Shown here in pieces: positions 44,595 through 55,346 of a stretch of DNA of 64,000 nucleotides. This stretch comes from Zygnema circumcarinatum SAG 698-1b. Lineage: Eukaryota; Plantae; Zygnematophyceae. The DNA lies in NCBI GenBank assembly GCA_037447605.1, contig CM074810.1:2018880-2082879 (forward strand), read 5' to 3'. A program made the translations under genes and the position numbers. The notes under the pieces were generated by a model that was not told the DNA's origin, did not search any database, and was given only the letters and a program-made list of their open reading frames with translations. The stretch's first letter is position 1. Every line of letters starts with the position of its first letter.

Positions 44595-45289
44595 GCGGGA
44601 GGCACGATGGCGACGGGAGGCCCGGGAGTGGGCGAGAGTCTCGCCGCGAGACTGAGAGGGGCGAGTCATGGTCATGGTCATTGGCTGGGCCATGGGAATG
44701 GTCATAGGCATGGGCCATGGTCATGGGCATGGCACTGATGACGGCATGGCTTCCACTTGGATGGCACTTGGCGAGCCAGGCGGCCCCATCCGACCGACCT
44801 CCCTCGGGTCGTCGTCGCTGCCGCCGCCCCCATCCTCCTGCCCTGCCCTGCCCTGCCCTGCCCCGCCCTGCGCGCTCCGATCCGTTTCCCCCCCCCCTCT
44901 CCTCTATTTCCTTTCCCCATCTCTCGCCTCTCTGTTCTCCCCCCCGAGTGCTGCCGCGACAGGCTCCTCCAAACAGCGAGAAATGGTTACGAGGGAGAGA
45001 CGGAATGGATTTGCATTGTCAGCATAGCACACTGTCACTTCAACTTGCGCCGGAAGTAGCGATATCGCGGTAGGGCTACAGGGAGGGACACAGAGAAAGA
45101 CATGGGAAAGTGTCGGCTTTCGGATTGCCCGCGACGAGATTAGCTCTGCCGGTTTTGGTCGTTCGCTGCGCGTTGGAGATTAAGATGCCGGGCGGGCCGA
45201 GCACAAGCCATCGTTTGAAGGATGTGCTGCAGCTCCTGTTTTGGGTGTACGACTGCTCGATCAATTTCTAAAGGGAAATAGCTCGGAAA

Positions 45290-48200
45290 ATGGAGAATGG
45301 TTCCGTGGATGAAGCAAGTCCGGTTCACGTTTCTGAGAGGAAGGGATTTGAATCTTTCCAGAACGTATTCGACTCTTCTGCCGAGTTCGGACGTCGGCTG
45401 CCGAATGCTTTATGGACTCATCGATATCTCATGGCAGTCACCGTCATCGGACTCGCGTCACTGTTTGCATTTGTCCGCTTGCAGTCGTGCGCGGAAGTCG
45501 AGAGGTTCACTTTCCCTGCTTCGAATGTTTCGAGTGATGAAATCTCTTCCGGCGACAGAGTGAGGGAGCCGCAACTAAAGGAGAATGCGACGGAAGCTAG
45601 ACTACAAGAATATAGCGATGTTGCCTTAGTCAAAAGTGCGCCAGGTGTTGGGCTTTGCGACGAACAATGCAGACCGGTTCTGAAGGTTTATTTGTATGAC
45701 TTGCCGGAAAAATTCAATTTTGGGATGTTTGAACCTTCCGATTCGGTTTCGGATCAGAAAAATCTGCTTGAGCTGAACATGACCCATCTGTTCAGTGTGC
45801 CCTATGGCCCGGGATCGGTGAAGCATCAGCACAGCATGGCCTACTATTTGACAGCAGATTTACTTCTGAAAAATGAGGTAAGGCTGGAACAAGGACCTCT
45901 TAACTCCTTTGACCTTTTTGGCAGTTCAAAACCTTATGACTAAAAAATCCGAAGAATGCAAATGTTATACACTCTGGAATTCTATAAAAAGAACCTGTAG
46001 AACCTGTAGTAGCTTTAAAGTTTTAAAGATCGTATAATCCGAAGATGTTAAACTCTTTTGGACTTTTTAACTTCTTGTAGCTGTTTTTCTAATCCATGCT
46101 TAGTTGTGAAATTCACGTACCTCAAACTGAAAACTGTAACCTTAAAAAAAAAATTAGTAAAGCGAAGAGCCTAATTGGAGACGATTTCTTTTTTTTGTAA
46201 CGAGTGGAAAACTGAATATTTCAGAACCCAATGGATGGGTGATTTCTCTGGCACTCTATCAAGCTAGAAAGACACTGTTCATGATTTTACGGTGGGCTTA
46301 GTTGAGGCGTAATTGTTTTGTGGCACGACGACTTTCGTTGACTTTATCGAGGCCGGGTGATTTGCGTATCAGGACTTGAGGAATCGAACAATTTCGGTGC
46401 GAGTCACGGATCCATTAGAAGCAGATGTTTTCTTTGTGCCATTTTTCGCCACTTTATCGTACAACAAGTATAATAGACACGAGTCTGAAGGGAAGGACAT
46501 TGATCGAGAGTTACAGGCAAGTGAGTTTTCTGGTTGATGTTGAACTTCTCACCTTCGCCACTTCCAATCTGCGTAACATTTGTTGACTGCGTTGTAGGAA
46601 ACTCGAATTATGTGATCACTGCTGCTTGCGGCCGTTTTTGGCACTTGTCCTACTTCCCTTTCAAGCTTTTCTTGGCAGCTCTCACAACTCATAAACGCGC
46701 AGCATTGAGGTTAGAATAAGTGCTGACAGGCGTGGATTGTGGTGCAGCTTGAGCTGCTTCAGGTGCTGAACGGCTCGAGTTGGTGGCACCGCTCGGGGGG
46801 ACGCGACCACATTTTCTGCATCACACATCCCAATGCTTTGCGGCACATACGCGATGGTCTTGGAGAGTCCTTGTTCATACTCTCAGATTTTGACAGGTGA
46901 GAAGGTCAGACTGCAAGGAACAGACTTTCATGGAAAATGCAGTCTAAGATTTAGAGACCCTAGAGTCGTGGTAGACGCTAGGAGTCTGCAGAAATTGAAA
47001 ACAAAGGAATCCCGAATAACTGAGCCTAATAATTTGACGACGTTTACTGTACTTAGAAGCCAATAGCTGTGACTAATGCACGAGGTTCAGTGAAGGATCT
47101 CGTCGTTTGCTCCTTAAACCATGGCCAACGGGCAGTGGCGGTTCTCCGGGAGAAGCGAGTGTGGGTAGGAGGGTAAAGGACAGACAGGTCGATAATGGTG
47201 GAGGGGAGAGGAGAGTACAAGAGAAAGGGAGGGAGGAGGGCGAGGAGTAGGGAAGAGAAGAGGAAAGCGATTCGGAAAGAGGGAGAGAGAGGAGAATGAT
47301 CATACACCGCATCTGCAGGCTATCAAAAGACGTGGGCCGATTGTCCAAGGATGTGGTGGCGCCGTACAAGCATCTCACGCCATCTTATTCTGAGGACTCA
47401 TTGGAGAGCGGCGTGGATCCGTTCCGCAACCGAACCCTGCTGCTGTTCTTTCAGGGCACGGTCAAACGAAAGAAGGTAAGCTGCACCTGCTCTGGGCAAC
47501 GTTGCAGAAGCCCCAAAACATCCAAAAAACATTGAGGTTGCCCGGTAGAACACGTCTGTGTACGGAACGCGCTTGTCCTTGCTGTGAAAGTGTGTTGTTG
47601 AGGTGCCTTGGGCTCGTTGCCCTAGAACGCGAGGTTTTGACCACATTAACCAGGGAATATCATCACGTTTTAACCATACGGCTCTGTGAAGGTTTTGCCG
47701 TTCCACTTCAAAGCCGGGCTGCATGTTGTGGTCTTGAGAAATCTGTTCTTTCTTCGCAAAGAACAGATCAGATTTTCTTGTGGGCATAGACTTTGTTTCT
47801 GCACTTCTCAGTGTTTGGAGTTATTTGGAGTTGCAACATGCATAGTCTTGCGGGGTTTCTGGGTTTCACTGTGTCTATTTCCATTTGTTTAAAGACGAGG
47901 GGTGCTGCAGGCAGGTCGGATCCGGCGGAAAATGCAGGACTTGTTAAAGAATGAGGCGGACGTTTTCTTTGAGGATATCCGTCCCGTCGAGGAAACCCTT
48001 CAAACGGTACTGCAATGGGATCAGCCTCTTTCCCTTTGCCGGGGGCCAACAACTCTCTCAGAAAGTACATTGCTGTTTATCTTACGCAACCAGCTTCAGA
48101 TGCAGAGACATGTGAAGGGAATGAAGAAGGAGAGGAAGGGGAGAAAGGTGGGAGTAGGGAAGGTACAACCACCATCATTATATTTTTTTTTCAGGGGTTC

Positions 48201-48994
48201 TGCAGGCTGCTGTGGGCATGCGGTCGTCTAAGTTCTGCCTCCATCCTGCGGGCGACACTGCGTCCTCCTGCCGCCTCTTTGACGCTCTTGCAAGCCACTG
48301 CGTGCCGGTCATAGTGAGCGACTTTCTTGATCTGCCGTTTGAAGACGACATCGACTACAAGGCATTTAGCATATTTGTCAGTGTAGAGGTGAGCCTTCAG
48401 CTTCGTGTACAAATAGAGGGTGCTCTCTATGCCTCTTTTTCGCACATGGCTGTATTCTGTAGTATATTTTGAACATTGCCCCTTCCCATTGTTATCATTA
48501 CCGCACGAACTTCTCTGGAGGGCGAAAAACGCTTGATTTCTTGTCGTTTGGGGTGTTACATGGCGCAGGATGCGTTGACAGAAGGACATCTTGTGAACCT
48601 GCTGCGGAGCGTTGAGAGGGAGCGGTGGCTCGCGATGTGGCACAACATCCAAAAGGTCGAGCACCACTTCAGATTCAATGTGAGTGCTCACACGCCCGCC
48701 TTATTTGCTTGCTTTCTGACCAAATGCTTCTGAGGCAGCTTTAATCCGATCAATCTTTACTCAAGAGTTGGAGAGAAAAAACTTTGATTTCACTGGCTTG
48801 TTTCTTTTTCTTGAATTGATAAATTGTTCCTTTCAATGTTGTCTGTCGAACAGATGCCCGCCCTCCGCGGGGATGCTGTGGACATGGTGTGGGATCAAGT
48901 GCACAAGAAGCTACCGAGGATGCGGCTGGCCATGCGCCGCAGCGAGCGCCTGGTGGTCCCCGAGTGGTGGCACCTCCGCAGGAGAAGGCTCTAG
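45290..48994 (+). CDS. Exostosin-family glycosyltransferase GT47 (ARAD-like clade)
   Basis: N-terminal TM segment, then [128 protein letters not shown] and [10 protein letters not shown]...VPEWW. Confidence 0.93.
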
Positions 48995-49910
48995 CGCTCC
49001 CTCTAGTGCTCAACGCCGCTGTGAATCGAAAGACTTTTTACTTTTGAATTCATTATTGAAAACCACATTATAATAAGTTGCAGTACCCCGCCCAGCCTCG
49101 CCCATGGGATGGTGGTGTGCCCAGAATGCCATGTGGCGTTTTGGACTGTCATGTCGTGTCTTGCCATGCCATGGTGCTGCCCGGACTGGCAAGGCGTGCT
49201 GTTCACGTGTTTCGAGCTCTCTCGCGAACAAACGGTGGACAAGCCTTGGCAGAGGCTTGGAGCGAGCGGCCGCAGCCTCGCTCTAATGCTCGCAAGGCGT
49301 CCATCTGTGTTTCAGAAAGCACGCGTCTCCAAGCGCGTGTCTGCTGCATTTTATGCAAATATCAAACCGGCCTAAACTCTGCATTTCCTTTTTTTTTTCC
49401 ATCGATTCGTCAACGGTGTCAGTGACACGGAGATTTATTCCCCTCGTTCATAAAAAGCAAAAGTTCCAAGAGCATATCAGCGCACGAATATGTCTGCCAC
49501 GACAAAGGAGCCCGCCCATCCCCATGAAGCCCAAGCAAACACCAGCAGAGACCAGGAGCACCAGGTACCACTTCGACAGTGATCCAATGTCAAGCCAAAG
49601 GTGACTCTCTTAAAGGGAAATGTCCGGGTCTGCCACCAGCAGGGACGACTAGCAATTTCGTAGTTTGCCACGACCCTTTGACAGAGACATCCCAGCCATC
49701 TCGTGCAGCCAGGAACCTTAGGAACCCTAACGCCGCAGTCTGGAGAGTTCCCTCCAAACTTTCAAAATCACCCCAAATTGCAGACGTCAGTAACTGATTT
49801 ACAACATCCGAGAATTTCCATGTTCCGGAACAAACAAACTCTGCAATAAGACCACCTCGTCGAACAAGTATTGACAAATAAATCGAGGAACTCTTTGTTT
49901 CTGCCCTCTC

Positions 49911-50621
49911 CTACAATGTATAATATGGCCGAGACTCTGCCAGAGCGACCGTCATTCCGTCCAACTCTTTGGTCAAGATAATCTGAGACCCTAGTCTGCT
50001 GTGAGAGTTAACAGTACCATTAGAGGAAACGGAACGAAGAACATCGAGCTCTTCATTTGAAGGAGGTGGGATCTTCTCCAACCAGTCGGTGGCGATAGTC
50101 ACTGGAACAGAAGCCACGGGATGCAGAAACAGCACTCAAAAAGAGTTGGCTTTAAATGTTCAGGAGGTGTAACCGTCACCCATTATCAATTGATCGCCAC
50201 AAAAACGCCTTAGAGAAGGCTCAGACGCAGAAGAGAGGTCAAAGTGGCGGGTCCTTAAGGTTTTTTATAAGAAGGAGGAGGAGAAGGAGAAGATAGCGAA
50301 GCCGGAAGCTAGCTAAGGCACATTAGGTTAGAGAAAATGTAGGAGACAGGGGTTTCCTGCACCTTCATCGTTGCCGTAGCAGGAGCCGATCTCCTCGGAG
50401 GGGTTGCGCTCGGCCGTCTCGATCTTGGAGCGGATGAGGGCGCGGAGGAGGCTCTGCCCCGCCAGGCCCTTGATGACGTGGCGCGTCCCGTCGCGGTCGA
50501 TGGCCGTCAGGCTGATCACATGGTCGGCGACACGTGGCACGCTGCTGCTGTAGCGCGGGCGCCACGTGGCGGCCAGCTGGCGGCCCAGAGGGGAGGCCAG
50601 AGCCCTTCTCAGGGCCGCCAT
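49911..50621 (-). CDS. Complex I bridge ferredoxin-like paralogue A, metal ligands degenerate (exons 50363-50621, 49911-50101; 149 aa)
   Basis: Mitochondrial-presequence-like N-terminus, then VISLTAIDRDGTRHVIKGLAGQSLLRAL...ERNPSEEIGSCYGNDE|VTIATDWLEKIPP...NSHSRLGSQIILTKELDGMTVAL. Intact ORF and GT-AG splice sites. Confidence 0.88.
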
Positions 50622-50743
50622 GGCGACAGAGCTCGCGAGGGAATGGACGGCAACTCGGCGGTGGAGCAGCTCTCTCCCTCCGCCTCCGGGCGTCGCTCGT
50701 GGTTTCGCGGACAGGCTGGGGAGGGCAGGGGGGGGGCTTGCGC

Positions 50744-50949
50744 TGCCTGTCTGTTTGCCTCTGTCTGTCCGTCGGTCTTTTTGTTTCTGTCTTTTTGTCT
50801 TTATCTGTCTGTCTGTCTGTCTGTTTATCTGTCTATCTGTCTGCCTGTCTGCCTGCCTGTCTGTTTGTCTGTCTGTCTGTCCGTACGTCTGTCTGTCTGT
50901 CCATATGACTGTCTGTCTGTCTGTCCGTCTGTCTGTCTGTCTGTCCGCC

Positions 50950-50982
<33 letters not shown>

Positions 50983-51069
50983 GCCTGCCAGCCAGTCAGT
51001 CAGTCAGTCAGTCAGTCAGTCAGTCAGTCAGTCAGTCAGTCAGTCAGTCAGTCAATCAGTCAGTCAGTC
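50744..51069. repeat. Compound tetranucleotide microsatellite (CTGT)n grading through CTGC/CAGC into (CAGT)n
   Basis: Direct sequence inspection. Confidence 0.92.
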
Positions 51070-51512
51070 GGTCGCGATGCCGAATTTCAAGGCGAGGCGG
51101 GGCGCGGGAGTGGCGCGGCCGCTGTGGCCGGTCGGTCGTCATGGGCGGAGGGCGTAGGGAGAGGAGAAGAGCTCGAGGCTCTTCAGGAATGGCCTGAACT
51201 GGTTCACGATCACAATGTTGGCGGCAACTTTGACTATATAGACTTTCACCATCACCGATTCGGCGAACACATGCTTGTGGGAGAGGGGCATAGGTTGCTT
51301 ACACAGCGATTCCAAAGCAGACGTCGTTTTACTGTTCCATCGGCATTTTGCTTATTTACATCACACCGAGTCAAGTTGATGCACCTCACAAGGCTGACTA
51401 CCTTTACACCTTCGTAACAAGTTCGCAGACCGGCTGTGCAAGAGAGCCATTCGCACATTGAGACAACCCGCAAAGCCCTTAGGACACTAGAAAAATCTCG
51501 AAGACGGCCTTG

Positions 51513-52462
51513 TCATGGCGTGTACCATGGCCTCCATGGCCTCAGTGCTGCTGTCATCCCCTCGAGGTCATTCGTGAGCACAATCTGACAGCCGAGCCTG
51601 CTGTGGCGATTGAACTCAGAGGGGTAGTAAAGCGAGCGGAGAATTCCAACTTCTGCAGGGGAGCGCGGGGGGAGCGTCTCCAACCACTCGTTGGCGATCA
51701 TCACTGTGCCACCCCGAGGGGGGAGGGGGAGGGGGAGGGGAGAAAATGGAGAGGACGACGAAACGAAAGGGAGTGAAGGGAAAAGAAGGAAGAGGAAGGA
51801 AGCCAGACCATAGTCACCAAAAGGAATGTACTTTCGATTTCGGAAGTAAGTGAAACATGACGGGTGAGAACATACGGAAGCGGTGAAACTACTACCACCT
51901 TCAAATTCTCTTCAAAGAAAGCCACAAGCCATACAACCCTCAAAACCCCAGATTTTTTTGGTTGACAATCCTTACGGCTCACTCAAGGCTTGGCGCACAA
52001 GGCCCCTGTGTCTGTGTTAAATGTTAGAAAACGGAGAACCACGTGGAACGCAAATGTCGAGTGCAAGAGTTTTTGTTGTTTTGAAAGGCCTAGTTGTTTT
52101 CAAGGCTTCAATTCTCTAGGAGATCGCTGATTTTTTTTACTATTGAGGCCTTCCAGTTTCAAGATATAGAACTACAGGAAAATGAGGGTTTGAAAGGATT
52201 CCACGAGATGCGACCGCTGACCTTCACAGTTCCCCGTGCAGGAATCGATGAGCTCCGACGGATGCCGCTCGGAAGTTTCCAGGTTGCTGCGGATTAGGGT
52301 TCGCAGCAGCGTCTGCCCGACCAGCCCCTTGATGACGTGGCGCTCCCCATCGCGGTCTATGGCTATCAGATTTATCAGATGTTCGGAGACACGTGGCAGG
52401 CTGCCATGTCTCCGCAGGTGCCGTGTGGCAGCCAGCCGCCGCAGCGGCGCGAGCGCAGCCAT
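51513..52462 (-). CDS. Complex I bridge ferredoxin (C1-FDX-like) paralogue B, ligands intact (exons 52222-52462, 51513-51703; 143 aa)
   Basis: LINLIAIDRDGERHVIKGLVGQTLLRTL...ERHPSELIDSCTGNCE|VMIANEWLETLPPRS...NRHSRLGCQIVLTNDLEGM. The H-x7-C-x3-C...RLGCQ pattern matches my recollection of the plant mitochondrial complex I ferredoxin (Arabidopsis At3g07480). Confidence 0.92.
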
Positions 52463-52888
52463 GGCGGCCGGCGGCGAGGGGCAGCGGGAGCACTGTGCGG
52501 CCGGCGGGCTCCATGCCGCGCAGTTCTGGAAACTGTGAGCGTCGAAGGACAGTCATGGACTGCGGGTCCGCTGTTTGCCGTACAGCGTGGTGGCGCCGTA
52601 CGCTGTGTTACGGACCTGGTTCTGTACCTTCTTGGATTCTTCTGCGGATGCGTACGATGCCGCTACGAGACAAAAAGGGCACGCCCGTTCCGTGCATTCC
52701 GAAAACCAGAAACTAAAAGCAAAAATCGAAAACCGAAACGCAAAACCAGTTACCGGGTTTGTCCTTTAATGCAGACACGACAAACCAGTTTGCTGAAGCT
52801 TTCCCTGAAGCTTCGTATAAGAGTGTCCGTACGTGCTGGCGGGTCACGTGGCACTCTGATGACCTCATGGCTCCTTTCAAAGGTTGCA

Positions 52889-52900
52889 GGTGACGTCACC
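52889..52900. promoter_or_regulatory. 12-bp palindrome GGTGACGTCACC in the ferredoxin-B/RLPH2 divergent promoter
   Basis: Read directly. Confidence 0.4.
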
Positions 52901-52949
52901 GGGTTCGTGATCCCTCCCCTGTCCCCAACCCCCAAGGGGGCGCGTCCCT

Positions 52950-52952
<3 letters not shown>

Positions 52953-53002
<50 letters not shown>
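52953..53002. repeat. (CT)25 microsatellite just upstream of the RLPH2 ATG
   Basis: Direct sequence inspection. Confidence 0.95.
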
Positions 53003-53006
<4 letters not shown>

Positions 53007-53079
53007 GTCTCGCGGGTCACCGCCGTCTCCTATTTTTCTGCATTGCAGTCCGAGGGAGCCCTAAACTGTCCTAGGCGCC

Positions 53080-54741
53080 ATGGCTGCGGCCCCTCTCTTC
53101 AAGACCCTGCCCCCCTCGAAAGTTACAGTTTGCGTTGGCGACCTCCACGGCCACTACGACGAGCTTTTGAACCTTTGGACGCGTCTGGAGCTCAAAACCG
53201 GGGAAGAAATATTTAAAAGATGCACGGTTGTCTTTCTTGGCGACTATAACGACCGTGGCCCCAACTCAAAAGCAGTATACGACTGGCTGGTCACGCTCGA
53301 TGAGAGGTACCCCCTCCAGAAGCATGTTTATCTCTGTGGAAATCATGATTTCTCCTTCGCTGCCTTCATCGGAGCCCTTCCACCCGCACCCCCAGACTTC
53401 GATTGGTCGCAGACTTGGAATGAGTACTTGTCAGAGGAGTTTCGAGAGGGGTGGTGGGAGGGAGAGGGAGTGAGAGAAGTACACCTTCAGGGGAGAAGGT
53501 GGGGGGGCTCTATTCGGGAGCGGGTGGGAGCGCGGGTGGGGAACGTGTACAAGGGCTCCACCTACGACGCGGCGCCGACCTTCGAGTCCTACGGAGTACG
53601 GCACGGGGACCGCGAAGGTGGGGGGGGGGAGGGCTGGTTTTGGGGGGTCAGGGATTGCGAGGATCTGGGCTGGGGGGGCACATGGGAGTGCGTGGAAGAC
53701 GTTAGGGTGTGGACTCCTTCCAATAATCCGGAAAGTAAAAGCGCAGAGACTAGGCTAGTTAACGCAATGACTTCAGTTATAGATTTTAGGTTAGAGGGAG
53801 TTGGCAGTTTTTTTTTTTTTTTGTTGAAGTTGGTACTCATTTGAAAGAGACAAATGGGTGGACTTCGTTTGGAATACATACAGGGCTGATCAAGGCAGTC
53901 CCTGAAAGCCACAAGGAGTTCCTTCGCAACAAGATTTCTTTCATTTATGAACAGGTGCGCGCTCACACCTTTAGCATACCAAACTTGACAATTAATTACA
54001 CTCCAGTGATGAGGTGAGATCTTATCACATTGGTTTTGGACGTGCCTTGCGCGGCCAAAGCGTCAGAATTTGAGTTGGAGAGTTGATGAGTCGATATTCT
54101 TGCGCGTTCCTTTGCAGGAAGGCGTTGATACCGGCGACCCTGCTACAAGCTACAGCTCACTTGTAGCGGTGCATGCGGGACTCGAAACGGGCAAGCCTTT
54201 GCAGCCCCAAGTGGCGATGCTGCGCGCGAGGGAGGCGGTCCACCCCCGGCTGGAGGCCCTCAGCGGCCGCCGGAACGTGTGGGACAACCACCCGGTCAGT
54301 GCCATGGCGGCTGCGAGGGAAAGGGAGGGGAGGGGAAGGGAGGGGAGGAGAGGGGAAAGGAGGGAAGGGGAGGNNNNNNNNNNGGGGAAAGGAGGAGAGG
54401 GGAGGGGAAGGGAGGGGAAGGGAGGGGAGGGGAGGTGGGGGGAGGTGGGGGGCTCATGGCGTCTGTCGTGGTGTGGCTGACGTTGGACGTGAGATCGCGG
54501 GTGGGGGCGGCCTCAGGAGCTTGAGGCCAGAGGGGCGCTCCTTGTGAGTGGGCATCACGGCGTTCTTGACATTCGGCCAAGTCGATTGATCATCGACGAG
54601 AGTGGAGGTGTCGACGGAAGGCCTATCGCTGCGATTATTCTCCCGGACCGAATTCTTGTCAGAGACACAGATCCCCTCCCAAGCACGGAGGTGGCACAAC
54701 TCGAGACTCAGCCAGCGTTGGCGGGGGCGGTCGCTTGGTGA
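53080..54741 (+). CDS. RLPH2: Rhizobiales-like PPP-family phosphatase (RLPH)
   Basis: PPP motifs GDLHG, GDYNDRGP, GNHD, VHAG and SGHHG, plus RLPH-specific HLQGRRWGG and YKGSTYDAAPTFESYGV. Four exons. Confidence 0.95.
54320..54452. repeat. G/A-rich (GGGGA/GGGAA)n repeat in RLPH2 intron 3 with a 10-N gap (54374-54383)
   Basis: Direct sequence inspection. Confidence 0.9.
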
Positions 54742-55346
54742 GGGGAACTCATGAAGAAGCGCCGCACACTTCGAGCAGAGGCAGGCCCGTTATACTTACC
54801 CAGACCCACATGTATGCTTTTGGACAACCGACTTATTGTTTCAGCGACTTTATTGTTCCTGGGTTTTGTGAATTTTTTTCAAATTTCTAGTCTTTAGGCA
54901 AACATTCTTGGGGTTTATTCGAGAACGGGGGACTTAGGCCTGTACAGATATCAAGTGCTTGTGAGGCTTCCTCGCAAGAGTGGCCAGAGGGATTGTTCAC
55001 TCTGAGGATTCTCAGAAGTTTGCAGCCCTGAGGGCTCTAGCGTTGTCTTGTGGGATTTTAGGGCTCTTAGAGTGTTAGGATTAGAATGTTCTAGGCAGCA
55101 AGAGCTCGAGGGTATCGATTTCCGTCAAATAGGAGTTTCAGGCGCAGGGTTGCAAAACCATGTGTTCCCTCTTTAGACGTGCTCAGTGCCAATCCAGTTC
55201 GTGAAAACATCGTCCAAATTGCCAACAATTCCATGCCTGTGCGGCTGCTCTCCACTCTGAGCCGGAGTCGGTCCAAGCGACCTGCTCGACCCAAATCTGT
55301 GCCGCCGCTCGCTGCGGGCGAGGGCGTGAAGGGAAGTGTCACACAC

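Noticed and set aside
50478-51417. 239-aa and 283-aa plus-strand ORFs
   Set aside because: Produced by the (CTGT)n/(CAGT)n array and antisense to ferredoxin A.
54006-54117. GTGATGA (C-box) in an RLPH2 intron; likewise ATGATGA on the minus strand near 36487
   Set aside because: No downstream CTGA D-box or terminal stem within the intron. The RPL35 introns also gave no convincing C/D snoRNA; H/ACA RNAs could not be assessed by eye.
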